A DNA stretch of 64,000 bases, from NCBI GenBank assembly GCA_965113315.1, contig OZ220366.1; one strand, 5' to 3'. This document shows, piece by piece, positions 25,750 through 37,107 of the stretch; position 1 is the first letter of the stretch, and every line of letters starts with the position of its first letter. Origin of the DNA: Podarcis vaucheri. Taxonomy: Eukaryota. The notes below the pieces were generated by a model. The model was given only the letters and a program-made list of their open reading frames with translations. It searched no databases and was not told the origin of the DNA. The translations under genes and the position numbers were made by a program.

Positions 25750-26102
25750 AGGGACGTGGGTGGTGCTGTGGGTTAAACCACAGAGCCTAGGACTTGCCAA
25801 TCAGAAGGTCGGTGGTTCAAATCCCCGCAACGGGGTGAGCTCCCGTTGCTCAGTCCCTGCTCCTGCCAACCTAGCAGTTTGAAAGCATGTCAAAGTGCAA
25901 GTAGATAAATAGGTACCACTCCAGCAGGAAGGTAAACGGCCTTTCCGTGCACTGCTCTGGTTCACCAGAAGCGGCTTAGTCCTGCTGGCCACATGACCTG
26001 GAAACTGTATGCTGGCTCCCTCGGCCAATAAAGTGAGATGAACGCCGCAATCCCAGAGTCGGCCACAACTGGACCTAATGGTCAGGGGTCACTTTACCTT
26101 TT
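25750..26102 (+). mobile_element. Sauria (Squam1) SINE
   Basis: Homologous to the 21823 copy. TSD AAATAAATGTT at 25738-25748 and 26105-26115. Confidence 0.93.
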
Positions 26103-29100
26103 TAAAATAAATGTTAGGGTGAAGGCAACTCCAGATAAGCTGCAGATCACAATGCAGGAAGAAGATACGGATGGAATAGAATGAACTTTCTCATCCTTAA
26201 CAAATGCCCTTTGGGCTTGAAGGTTCATTGTTAATAGTTCCTGGATTGCTTTGATTTACTGGGATGAGGGATGAGGAATAGGAATAGTACAAGGAAATGA
26301 ATCTTATTGCAAGACTGTAGGAAGGTGCTTTTAGGTGGCAATCTCTTCTGCAATATTTTGCTGAGGATTGAATGCGGGCTTAGCATCTCTGAGTCTCACG
26401 AAGCAGTGAAAATAATAAAATATTGTATTCACAGGCCTGGCTTGGACTCATTACATCACACACACTGCACATCTGTTTCAAGGGCTCCGGCTTCCATTTG
26501 TAATGGCTCAAGAATGTTGGAACTTTGACAGAGCCCTTGAATTAAAACTGCAGGTACAGTATGCCTTAGCAGAGGGGCCTTGGGCATTTTTATTTTTATT
26601 TTAAGAGAATCATATAACGTGTGCCTTATTCCTCTCCCAAGCCTCTAAATAAATTATTTGGCTTTAATTATGCATATTTCCCTTCTGTTGCAAAACTAGT
26701 TCAAGTTGAACTACATTGCTGTGTCCACTTGTGAGCTCCAGAACACACTGGCATGAGGAAATGAGGCTGGGAGTGCAAGATTGCAGCCTAGAAACTCTGT
26801 CAATGTAGGGCTCCTGTACCACAGTCCTGTGCATGTTCACTTAGAAATAAGCCCTGCTTTTCTCAACAGGACTTTCCCCCTCACATGGGCTCTCTAAGGA
26901 TTGCATCCTCAGATGGCACGCATTTTCCACAATGACTTGCAAAATTCGGATATGAATTTTCGCTTTAATCAAGGGATAACGTAAAAAGAGAGACAGATGT
27001 TCTCTTCTTCTGTGAGGGTTGTCATGGCTGCTGTGCAGATTCCGGGTCAAAACTCCAGCTCCAGAATATTGGGGACTTTTGAGCAGGACACCCTTCAGGA
27101 AACAGATATAGTTGGTATGGGGGTTTTTTTTGGGGGGGTGAGCTGCATATGGAAAGGGAATGCTTCTATCCAGTGTTTATGTGTGTCTTGCTGCCATGTA
27201 CCTACTCTGTTTCTCCATGGTGTCAAGTATGGATAGACTAGGCTCCAGGGTCCCTGCATGCTCTTGACCGTGAGGAACATAGGAGGCTGCCTTGTATTGA
27301 GTCATAATATGGGTCCATTTACTTCAGTGTTGTATACGTTGACTGAAAGTGACTCTCTAGGTTCCAGGCAGGAGATGTTCTCAAACCTACCTGGAGATGG
27401 ATTGAACCTGGAATCTTTTATATGCAATATAGCTTTGCCCTCTTGGGGAGGAGGTACATGAGAAGCCACAGATCATGGTCGTAGCAGGAAGGTGTTGCTC
27501 TTAGTGCCCCCCTTCCCCAGGGAGAACTGGCAAACAACAAGCTATGATTAGGATCCAGAACAGTCTGCCATATTGTCATACAACCAAGGAAACAGGGGCA
27601 ATTGCCAGGACCCCAGCTGGCTCCAGCCCACTGGCCAGTGTGCTGGGCAATCTCCAGTCCTTGTTGCAGCATTTGCGACCCACATCTTCCGAAGCTGGGG
27701 CACGCAACTCAGCAGAGATAACGCGCAAACAGAAGTGGCAGGAGAGGTTGTGTAAGCATATTTACAAGCAGTTTATTCAGCATGCATCAGGACAAAAGGA
27801 AAACATGTATGATCCCCTTCATGTCCAAAGCAAGACAGCTAAAAGCAAAAGCTATACACAAACAGAAGTTCCCAGCAAGCTGTGCTGGAGTGTAAACAGG
27901 CATGTGACACGCAACAGTCTCATGCATGTCCCTTAAGGTGGAATGGAATATTCTAACATGCCATACTAGGGTATAGCTTCCATGGGATGCCACATGGGAT
28001 GTCACAAACTATTACAAAAATTCACAGCATTTAGGAGAGGGGATTTTTTTTTGGGGGGGAGGGTTGTATAGCTGTGATATATTTCATGGAACATGTAGGC
28101 AGAACTGAAGCTGAGCAGGGCAGATGAACATTTCTCTTGAATTGTTTCAAATGTTTGTTCAGAGAGTCAGCATTTCAAATGGAATAATAATATAGTGGAA
28201 AAGAGCAGATCGTTGCCCTGAAATTACAGGGCTCTTTTAAAAAGTCCCCATAACATGCCAATTTAAAAATAGCCATTTTAAAAGTTAATAGATGCATTTT
28301 CCAGATAGCAAAGTTAATAAGAAGAATACAGACTTTATTTCAGCATATATGAAAGCTTAAAAATAACAATACCCCAGAGTGCTTTTCTTGTACATTCCAG
28401 GCTTCAGCTTAATTCAGGATCTGAGCATTGTAACTTTTCTTATCTATAGATATTTAAGGAATGCTAGCATGATCCCCCCCCAAGTAAATGGATTATATTT
28501 GATTTGGCAAGGTGTAAAATGTATAAACATTGATTGTCATCTGGGTTGGTATCAGCGTCCAGCATAGATGAGTGCTTGCTGATATCCACAGCCAGTAGAA
28601 GGGCAACTGGAGATAAGAAAAATCCAGCTGATCTCCTTTTTCCCAGCAGGAAAAATATCCGCCAGCGGAAGAGATCAGGGGAAAAAAGAGTCACATACTG
28701 CTTCCTCTTCCAAGCACACCTTCCATCAGAAAATGGGAGTTCCCCCTAGAGGCCCCTGTGAGGATGCTGGGGTCCCTGGGACCATTTCTCATTTTCCAGC
28801 ATGAGGGGGTTCTGTAGGAGGCAGCACAAAACAACTGTTTGGTATTATTTTAGCCTTCTTGGTATATGTAGGGATAAAATAAGCACATTCAAATGGTGTC
28901 TGCATGCCAGGTCTTGTGATTGATTATGGGGAGCGGGCATTACCTGGGCCCACTCAATATTTTATTCAAGTTGATGCTCCTGTTATGCACAGTTAAATCT
29001 GCAGCTTTTTGTAAGTGTGAATACAACAAAGATGTGTGATACACGCGGTACTGTATAGTGTTACACATACAAGTTGAACATTTGAAGTATACAGTTAATT

Positions 29101-29899
29101 CAGCAACAATCATTTGAGTGCTTACATTATTGACATTAGTCATGGAGGGAGAGCCTTAATATTCTTAGCAGATACATGTACTATATTTATTTTTAAAATA
29201 AAATGAGACCACACATGTATTTTATATCCTGGGTGTAAAAAAATGTTTGTCTGCTCTTGGTGGGCTGACATTTCTTTTTCACTGGGGCACAAATCTACTT
29301 CCAGTGGTCCTGGCCCTGCCTTCACTAGCATACTGATGATTTTTTGTTTTCTTTTATCTGAACATAAAAATGGGACTACAAGTATTTTATTCATGCTGCT
29401 GAGCCACTCCTGGTAGTGTCACATGGGCCGGCCACCTGAGCCTGACCTCTGTCTGACCTTAATATTTGGAAGCTTGAAGAAAGAGTTATATAACTGTTAA
29501 CCTAAAAAGAAGCACAGATGCTGGCCACGGTGGCAATGGGCAGCAAAAGCAATTTAACTGTGCATTTATTTTACTATTCCTAAATTACTGTTGTGTTGTT
29601 TTAGGGGTTCCTCATGACACACACGGAAAAGTCTATTTCCTTTCCATCATCATCTGTAAACATAAGTTTAGATGTTCACCCTCCCCATTTTTTTCAGTGG
29701 CGATTTGCCTATTATGTCAAGATCTTTGTTTTATAGTAATGCTTGTATAACCCATTGCAGTGCAGATAACAGTAACAGTCCTAGGTCAAAAATAAACAGA
29801 ATCTGCTCACCAACTTTGATGAATCATACAAATCTACAGTGCAACTGCATCTGCAATATTTTGTACAGTTTTGGTTGCCTCGCTTGAAAAGCAAATTAT

Positions 29900-30053
29900 A
29901 GGGGACGGAGCAACTCCCCTATGAAGAAAGGTTGCAGAATTTGGGACTTTATAGTTTGGAGAAAAGGTGGGCAAGGGATGCCATGATAGATGTTCATAAA
30001 ATTAGGCATGGCCTGGAGAAAGTGGATAGTGAAAAGTTTTTCTCCCTCTCTCA
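29900..30053 (+). mobile_element. CR1 LINE fragment (ORF2 C-terminal region)
   Basis: Reads approximately EQLPYEERLQNLGLYSLEKR..RDAMIDVHKI..GLEKVD, the typical CR1 motif. Confidence 0.85.
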
Positions 30054-33000
30054 GAGCAGCCTTAAGCCTAATTATTGAAAACTAAAGGTGATTTGACTCC
30101 TTGGCCCAGCCTTAAAAATCTATACTCGGTCTGATGTCTGATAGCAGGGAAAGGCTCAATTAGGCTGTGTGTACACTATAGTTTTAAAGCACATTTGAAG
30201 GATGATGGGAGTTGTTGTCAAACAGTATCTGGAGGGTACTATGTTGGCAACCTCCGATTTTGATATTCTAAGACTGAAATTATCATCTTGGCTTTGGGGT
30301 GGGGGGTGGGATGGGGAGTGCCCCTTATATCAGTTCCACAACACCTTGCACCTGTGTGACCTTGCAGTTTGAACAACACCTTGGGCAATTCTTCAATAAT
30401 GCATCAAATGCATGTCTTAAAAGAAAGACATTGATGAATAATTGAAAACCAATATTTTTGAACCTCTGCACAATATTTGCAACCCCCTTGATGTAAGCTG
30501 CAGCTATAAATGGCTTAAACACATGTCTTCCATAACAGTAATTTTACCTTTAATGCCTTTGACTAAACCTCGAAATAACCTTCAGGTTAAGCTAGCTCTG
30601 GCACCCTGCAGCAGTCTTAGTATGCAGTTGGGTTTTGTGATTGCTTTCTTGCAAACTATTTCTCCTGGCCAGGAAAAATGCATTTGGAAAGAACTGCTTT
30701 CTTCATAAAGCAAAAAAATAAAATAAAAAAGCATTCATCCCACCCTCCTGTCTCCCTATGACTGCGGCATATGTTCATGATCAAAACTGAACTATGCATG
30801 CCAGTTTTTTCCATCCATTAAAAACTTATTCCCCTCCCCTCCCCAATTCTTTAAATCCTACCTTTCCAGAAGGGAGCAGTAAGTTCAGAAAAATACTTTC
30901 GTGGTATTTTAGTAACATGATGAATGGTTTTGCCTTTTGAACTCTGCACTATCCTATTTTCAATAAAAGTTAGACTTCAGCTAAAGTAAATAATAAAATC
31001 AAAAAAGAGCACCACACCTGCTAGACATGAAAATTCTCCATCTCTAAGTAAAAAATAATAATGGTGGGGGAGCCACAGAGAGGACATTTCAGCCTGTAAA
31101 ACACACAGACAATGTGTGGGTACTGGTCAGTGCTGAATTCAATTAATTTGCTTTTTAATCCAGGTGTTTTATACTAAGACAATTTTCATGTTCTTCCATT
31201 CAATCAGTTTTTGTTTCTTTTTGCCATCAAATAAATTAGAAAGGAATGATTGCGTTCAGCAGGGTTTCAAAGCCATGAAATGGGAAGAAAGATTCCATTG
31301 GTCCAATTGAACTTTGGATCAAGGCCTTGATAAATATATCTCATATAACCTGCAAATGCTATTTTAAAACTGAACAAACATTCAAATAAAAGTGTGGACT
31401 ACATAAATCTTTGGAATTCACCACATGAGAATTCAGATTGAAATCTCTTCCTGTGCTTACAATATTTGCAGATTAACATCGCTGCTGAATTCTCTACTTG
31501 GATCTGGTCTCAGGTTTGCATCTGGAAAGGTGAGAGCTGGGAGCAATACATAATTCCCATATGTGTGAATTCTGGATGTTGTCGTTTGTGACTCGGTTAA
31601 GGTGAAGTTGTGAAAAACTTAGTATTCAAATGCTAGCATTTGTCAACAGGAACAAATATTGGCCAATGATTTCCAAAAAAGAGGACTCTTTTGGGATGGA
31701 TGTAGACGTCTGTTTAACTATTTATTCTGGCTCTTTTTGTTTCTTATATAGAGGCTAGTACAGATACAAAGAAAGTGCAGGGCTCTTTGATTAGCTGTAC
31801 CCTCGAGGTTGTGTGACTTCTTCCAGCCCCTAATGTGTTGAAGAACACCTTCTGAAGTATTGGTAGGGTTTTTGTCTTCTACTGTAGGCTCCCCAAACAA
31901 TTCAGAATTCTAATCTTCCAGGTTCTAAATTTCATGGGTAGCTACAACTCAACATACAGCATTAGGCTGGACAACTGAGGTGGGGTACTGGCAGTTTGTG
32001 CTCATGCCACCTCTGATGTTAAGGGGACAGAGGAAGCAGAGGGTAGCTAGGGCCAGCCCAAGCCATGTTGACACTTGAGGCAAACTCAAAATGGCACCCC
32101 ACCTGCCAGTGAAGGAGGAGGAGTGAAGATCTACATCAGGAATGAAGGAGAGAATCAAACTACCCTTACCCAATGGTGGAAGTGGGAAGAAAAGGCCGTT
32201 TTGGGGGTCAGTGGAAAGGGGCCAGCTTTAAATCATGCCAGGCAAGTTCAGACCTCAGGAGACCCCAGAGGGCAGTCCCCACCACCTTAGAGGTGGGAGG
32301 AGACCAGCAGTGCCTCCGATTTGCCAATAGGCCTGTGTAGAGGTGACATTGCAGGAGGCTGCAGAGGAGGAGGCAGATCTGGCCTTCAAGAAGTGTGCTG
32401 CAAGCGCCACTCCCACTGTAGCAGCAGCAGCAGCAGAGGTGAGGGATGTGTTCCTTGAAGGCTGGATTGGTTGCCTCACCTTGCCTCACAAGTGGGACCC
32501 TGCTTGATCCTGGCCCCGGGGATGCTTCCACTGCAAACAATTTGTTCCTGGGTGATCAGAACAGGGCATGTGTGTGTTTCCAGCCAGGTCTCGGCCTGTG
32601 CTGTGTCTTTCACCATCTGTATCACGTGTCACGTTTTCAACAAATCATCCTTTGGCATCACCCTATGTGTGCTGCATGTGCTTGGGTGGTGGCGGCGGTA
32701 TCAGTGATGGCTGCCTGTGAATTTGTTTTGGGACGCTGATGATCTCATGCATTTGTTGTATGTCTGGCCGCTGCGTGATCGGCAGAGCATGTGGTTCGGC
32801 ATGCCCAACGTGTTGCTGATGCACCATGCTGGGAATGCTGTGCAAGCCCTCCCCTTTCCCATGTGTTTACATTCATGAGCTGGTGTTTTCTCGCTGTCTC
32901 CCATGGGTTGGCTCTGTGTGGCCTTGCAGTGTGTGCACACCTCACTGGGGGCTTGGGGCTGCTCCTCTGTCTTTGTCCACAGCTGGTAAAGGTTTGCATG

Positions 33001-33296
33001 GTGATGCCAGCTGTGCTCTCTGTCTTATTTTGGCTTGCTGCAGTGCTAATCATGCTTTGCCAGGCCAGGGCCAGCTCAGCTGGCATGTAACCCTCCCCAG
33101 GATTACAGGATCGGGTGTAGGTTTCCATCAGCCTCATTTGTACTGACTTGCTCTACGCCATCTCCTTGTGCATAGGATAGACCTGTAACTCATTGCAATT
33201 TTGCTTCGTCAAAGTAAGGGCTTATTAGCCATACAGGAATTAGGAACAAGCCAGACTCAGTGCTCATTATAAATTTCAATGGCAAGCACTTTATTA

Positions 33297-33554
33297 CAGT
33301 GGTACCTCGGGTTAAGTACTTAATTTGTTACGGAGGTACGTTCTTAACCTGAAACTGTTCTTAACCTGAAGCACCACTTTAGCTAATGGGGCCTCCTTCT
33401 GCCGCTGCACCGCCACCGCCCAATTTCTGTTCTTATCCTGAAGCAAAGTTCTTAACCTGAGGTAATATTTCTGGGTTAGCGGAGTCTGTAACCTGAAGCG
33501 TATGTAACCTGAAGCGTATGTAACCTGAAGCGTATGTAACCCAAGGTACCACTG
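33297..33554 (-). mobile_element. Tc1/mariner MITE, family A (opposite orientation)
   Basis: TA-CAGTGGTACCTCGGGTTA...TAACCCAAGGTACCACTG-TA, with three tandem copies of the 16-mer GTAACCTGAAGCGTAT. Confidence 0.93.
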
Positions 33555-35549
33555 TATTCTATCTAAGATTAGGGGAGGAAATACAAACAATGTCATTTTT
33601 AATGTAATTTATCTGGCAGCTCAGAAAAGCCACTTATTACATTATTACATGGAGATTTCAATTTGAAATGCCCAGGTCTTCTTAAAGGAGAACAGTTATC
33701 AAGCAAATCTCAAGGAAGTGGATGCTTGTCTTTTTTTCCAAGTCTAACAATGTGTGTTACATTTAAAGCTGAGATGGGAAAGTAGTGGCAGGATTCTCCT
33801 TTAACAGAGGATGCATGTGGAATGGTGAAAGGTTATGTCCCTCACATAAGCATTTAGTGGACAGAGAAGGTCAACACGTGAGTCTTGCATAACGAATGAA
33901 TACCAAAGGAACACGCATAAGAGAAGGAAACCGGATTGACGCAATTTCCTAAATGTAAAAATGTGGCCTGAATTAAATGTGATTTCCCTCAGGGTTATTT
34001 TAAAAAAATGCCAGCAAATGGCTCCTGGGAATACACAAGATATACCACATATGGTTTGGAAATGAAAACAGAGTTCACTGCTCACAGACTGCCTTTCTGG
34101 TATTAAACTACTTTTTGTTCTGTTAGAAAGAGTGTATGATTGGCAACTTCTTTTGATTGTTTCATAGAATAGTCAATGTACCATAATAGTCAGTCCAGTG
34201 TGTCACAGATTCTCATTGGCTTCTTCTTCTTTGTAGTTTCTTTTTAAGACACCAAAGTCCAAAGTCTAAAATTAAAGCTTCTTTGGGAATGTACTCATAT
34301 CTGTCCACTCCTCTTTCTCTTGCAACAAGAGGGTTTACTTAGCCAAGTGGAATTTGATATCACAGGTTGGGCAGGAAAAGAGAAACCTGGGGACATCTAT
34401 AGACTCATTCACATGTTAAGACAGAACAAAGGTTCAAGCTGAGTGGACGATGACAGTTTTTATACATGTTATAAAAAACAATATGGCTCTGCTGTTTACA
34501 TCTGGATCATGTGTGTCCCCCCTTTAAGATATTTCTTACACATTTTTCCCCAGAAGGATCCAGGACAGTTTGCAAACACATAATCATGCAATGCAAAAAT
34601 CCAACAAAACTCTTAAAAGTTTAATTTAATATTTGATGGCTGTATTTAAGATATTTTATTTAGAAAACATTCTGTCCCACCATACTGGAGCCCATACAGT
34701 GCTCAGGACATACACTGCAGGTCAAAAGAACCCCATAAATATATATATAACCATATAATTTATCTATGGTAGATGTGTTGTAGATTTTAATCGTTTTACT
34801 TGCACTTAGTTAATTCTTGAAAAGCTCCCTAAGCTTTCTAGTCTGAAAAGTTTTACAGACTGAAAAAAGCTTTACCAGCAGATTAATGATCCCCTATGCT
34901 AAATAAAGGATCAACAGAGCCTTACAGTTTATCTGTTAAAATGCATTTGATGGCATTTCCTATTTATGACTGAGGAGTGGCTGGAACTTGAAGACTGTTA
35001 CCAGATTAAAGCAAAGAATCTGGAGCATTGAAGGGAATTTGGAGCATGTTGCACAAGTCTAGTTCTTTCATCAGCATCCACTGGTATCATGCAGAAGTGT
35101 GCTGTGGTTCAGCTTTTGTAAATTGTGTCCTCCCTAAAAGAGTTGCAGTGAGACCTGGAGACTGGCCTCCTGTGTTGTGGGTGGGTTGGATATGAGGCTC
35201 ATGGTCCTTTGGATGTGAGCGAAGGGAGCGAGGTTTATGATCCTTCTGGGGCCTTGCTTTCCCAATTTCAGCCTTCCGCTAGTCCTAGGGATCATCCTAG
35301 GAGTATGGGCTGTATGGTACAGCAGGCCTTTCGGTCAGGGCTGCCGCATTCGCAGTCAGTACCCCCAGGGTCTGGGAGTTCAGGGCCTCAGCCCGCACAG
35401 CATGTGGGAGGGGAAATTTTCTCTCAGCCAAGCTCCTCACGTGTTTTTAGTTCCGTGCAGGTTTGGTCGGCCCCTTCGAGGGAGGTGTTCAGTGTCCAGT
35501 CTTCGGAGGAGGATCTTCCGGTGCCTAGAGTCCCTTCATCTGCGTTTTG

Positions 35550-35762
35550 GCAAGGCAATCGTCACGCTCTAGCAGAGTCTCTGCCCTGCTGTGCCTCAAG
35601 TTTAATATTGTGTTTTCTGCCAGCTTTATTCCTGGCGCTACTAATGATATTGCTGATGCCTTATCCTATTTTCAGATGGAGAGCTTCAGATCCCTGGCCC
35701 TGGATGCCCAGCAGCTTCTGGGATGTTTCCCGGCTCAGCTTTGGAACCTTGGCAGCAGCTAG
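35550..35762 (+). pseudogene. DIRS/Ngaro RNase H C-terminal remnant
   Basis: RQSSRS..V..LCLKFNIVFSASFIPGATNDIADALSYFQ matches the (H)IPGxxNxxADALSR motif of RNase H. Confidence 0.85.
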
Positions 35763-36655
35763 TCCTTCAGGGAGTAGTAGATTCTGTTTCTCCTTTCACT
35801 TTGAGGTCTCATAAGAAGGCCTGGATGGACTTTTTAGCTTTCAAAGCATAGCACTTGACAATCAACAGTACAGTGTCACCATCCACACATCAGGTGTTGC
35901 AGTATTTGGCTCACCTGCAGTATCTGGGTTGTGCTGTAAAGTCCATCAGAATTCAGTCTTCTGCCATTTCATTTTTCTGTAAATCCCTTTATTCTACAGA
36001 CCCTTGTGCAAGGTTTGTAGTGCGCAAGGCTTTTGAGGGTTGGGCCAGGTTGCAGCCACCAAAGTCGGCAGGTAGGAGGCCGGTCGCATTTGGCATTTTA
36101 TTCTCGGTGTGCAGCAGGTTAAGACTTGTCTGCTGGTCTATTTATGAGGCGAGACTCTTTGCAGCAGCTTTTTCAATAGCCTTTTTGGGTGCACTGCGTG
36201 TGGGTGAAGTGGTGCTGGAGACAGCACAGGGAAGGGCTCACAGGAGCTTGCTTTTGCAGGACATTCAGCTTTCTGATGCTGAGCTGGTGCTCACTATTCA
36301 AAATTCCAAAACGGACCAGTGGGGCAGAAGTGTCTTGATGAAGCTGCCTGCCACTGGTAAGCCCAGCCCTTGTCCAATGAAAGATGCCAAGAGATATTTG
36401 TCACTTCACCCACCTGGGGATGGTCCCTTCCTGGTTCACAGGGATGGGTCCCTGTTAAAGAGGCATCAATTTGCTGCAGTAATGCGCAAGGCGCTGGCAG
36501 CGTGAGGCCTGCTGGCCAGTGAGTTCGCACCTCATTCTTTCTGCATTGGTGCAGCTACTACCGCTGCACACTGGGGCCTGTCCATCGACGGAATCAAGGA
36601 TCTGGGCCACTGGAAATCTGATGTATACAAGGGTTATGTACAGAAACGGCGCTGA
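35750..36655 (+). pseudogene. Tyrosine recombinase of the Ngaro/DIRS element, inactivated
   Basis: One frame with two premature stops (about 35849 and 36503). Motifs: AFLGALRVGE (catalytic R), SKTDQ (K), HSFCIGAATTAA (HxxR with R>C), LGHWKS (from GRWxS) and YKGYV (catalytic Y). The final stop is at 36653-36655. Confidence 0.92.
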
Positions 36656-36689
36656 GGTACAGTTATTAATGTTTTGTTCATTCCTATGT

Positions 36690-37107
36690 CCGCCTACCCT
36701 GCATGTCTGGATAGTCGGGCACAGCTATGTCAACTGGGCTGGCAGGAGGGCAGTGGTGTCTGGAGTCGGATGCAGGCTCAGACTCCCCGACCACATGTGG
36801 GTCTCCTGGTGTCCAGATGAGGAATGCATTGGGAGGAGCTTCTCCCGACCGTGCAGGCGAAGGTGGCTGCAGAAGGCACGCCTGAGACGATGGTGGTGCA
36901 GCTGCCACTGAGAGGGCCAGGAGGTGCATCCAGAGCGCAGTGGCCAAGAAGGCTCTAGCCTTGGGCGGGATGGTGATCCGTCACCCAGGCATTACCTTCC
37001 GTGATGCGTCCCTTTACAGGCTTGATGGGGTTCATCTGTCTGTAATTGGGAATGATTTGTGGCTGACCTCTGTGTCAGCGGGGTTAAGGGATTGGTTACA
37101 GGTGTGA
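36690..37107 (+). pseudogene. SGNH/GDSL-like hydrolase ORF of the Ngaro-like element, frameshifted and partly deleted
   Basis: VWIVGHSYVNWA (block I) and, after a frameshift, GMHWEELLP..P..MVVQL. The GxND block is missing. It then reads IRHPGI...LYRLDGVHLSVIGNDLWL (DxxH block V) to a stop at 37105-37107. Confidence 0.85.

Noticed and set aside
27544-27936. 130-aa plus-strand ORF
   Set aside because: No homology or splice support that I can see, and it lies in a locally GC-richer stretch where long frames arise by chance.
33486-33541. Short direct repeats resembling a CRISPR or iteron array
   Set aside because: They are spacer-less tandem 16-mers inside a MITE in vertebrate DNA.
35855-36505. 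Phage/bacterial integrase, horizontal transfer or domesticated recombinase gene
   Set aside because: It is flanked by RNase H and SGNH remnants in Ngaro order, and its catalytic motifs are mutated and separated by a stop, so it is a decayed retrotransposon ORF.
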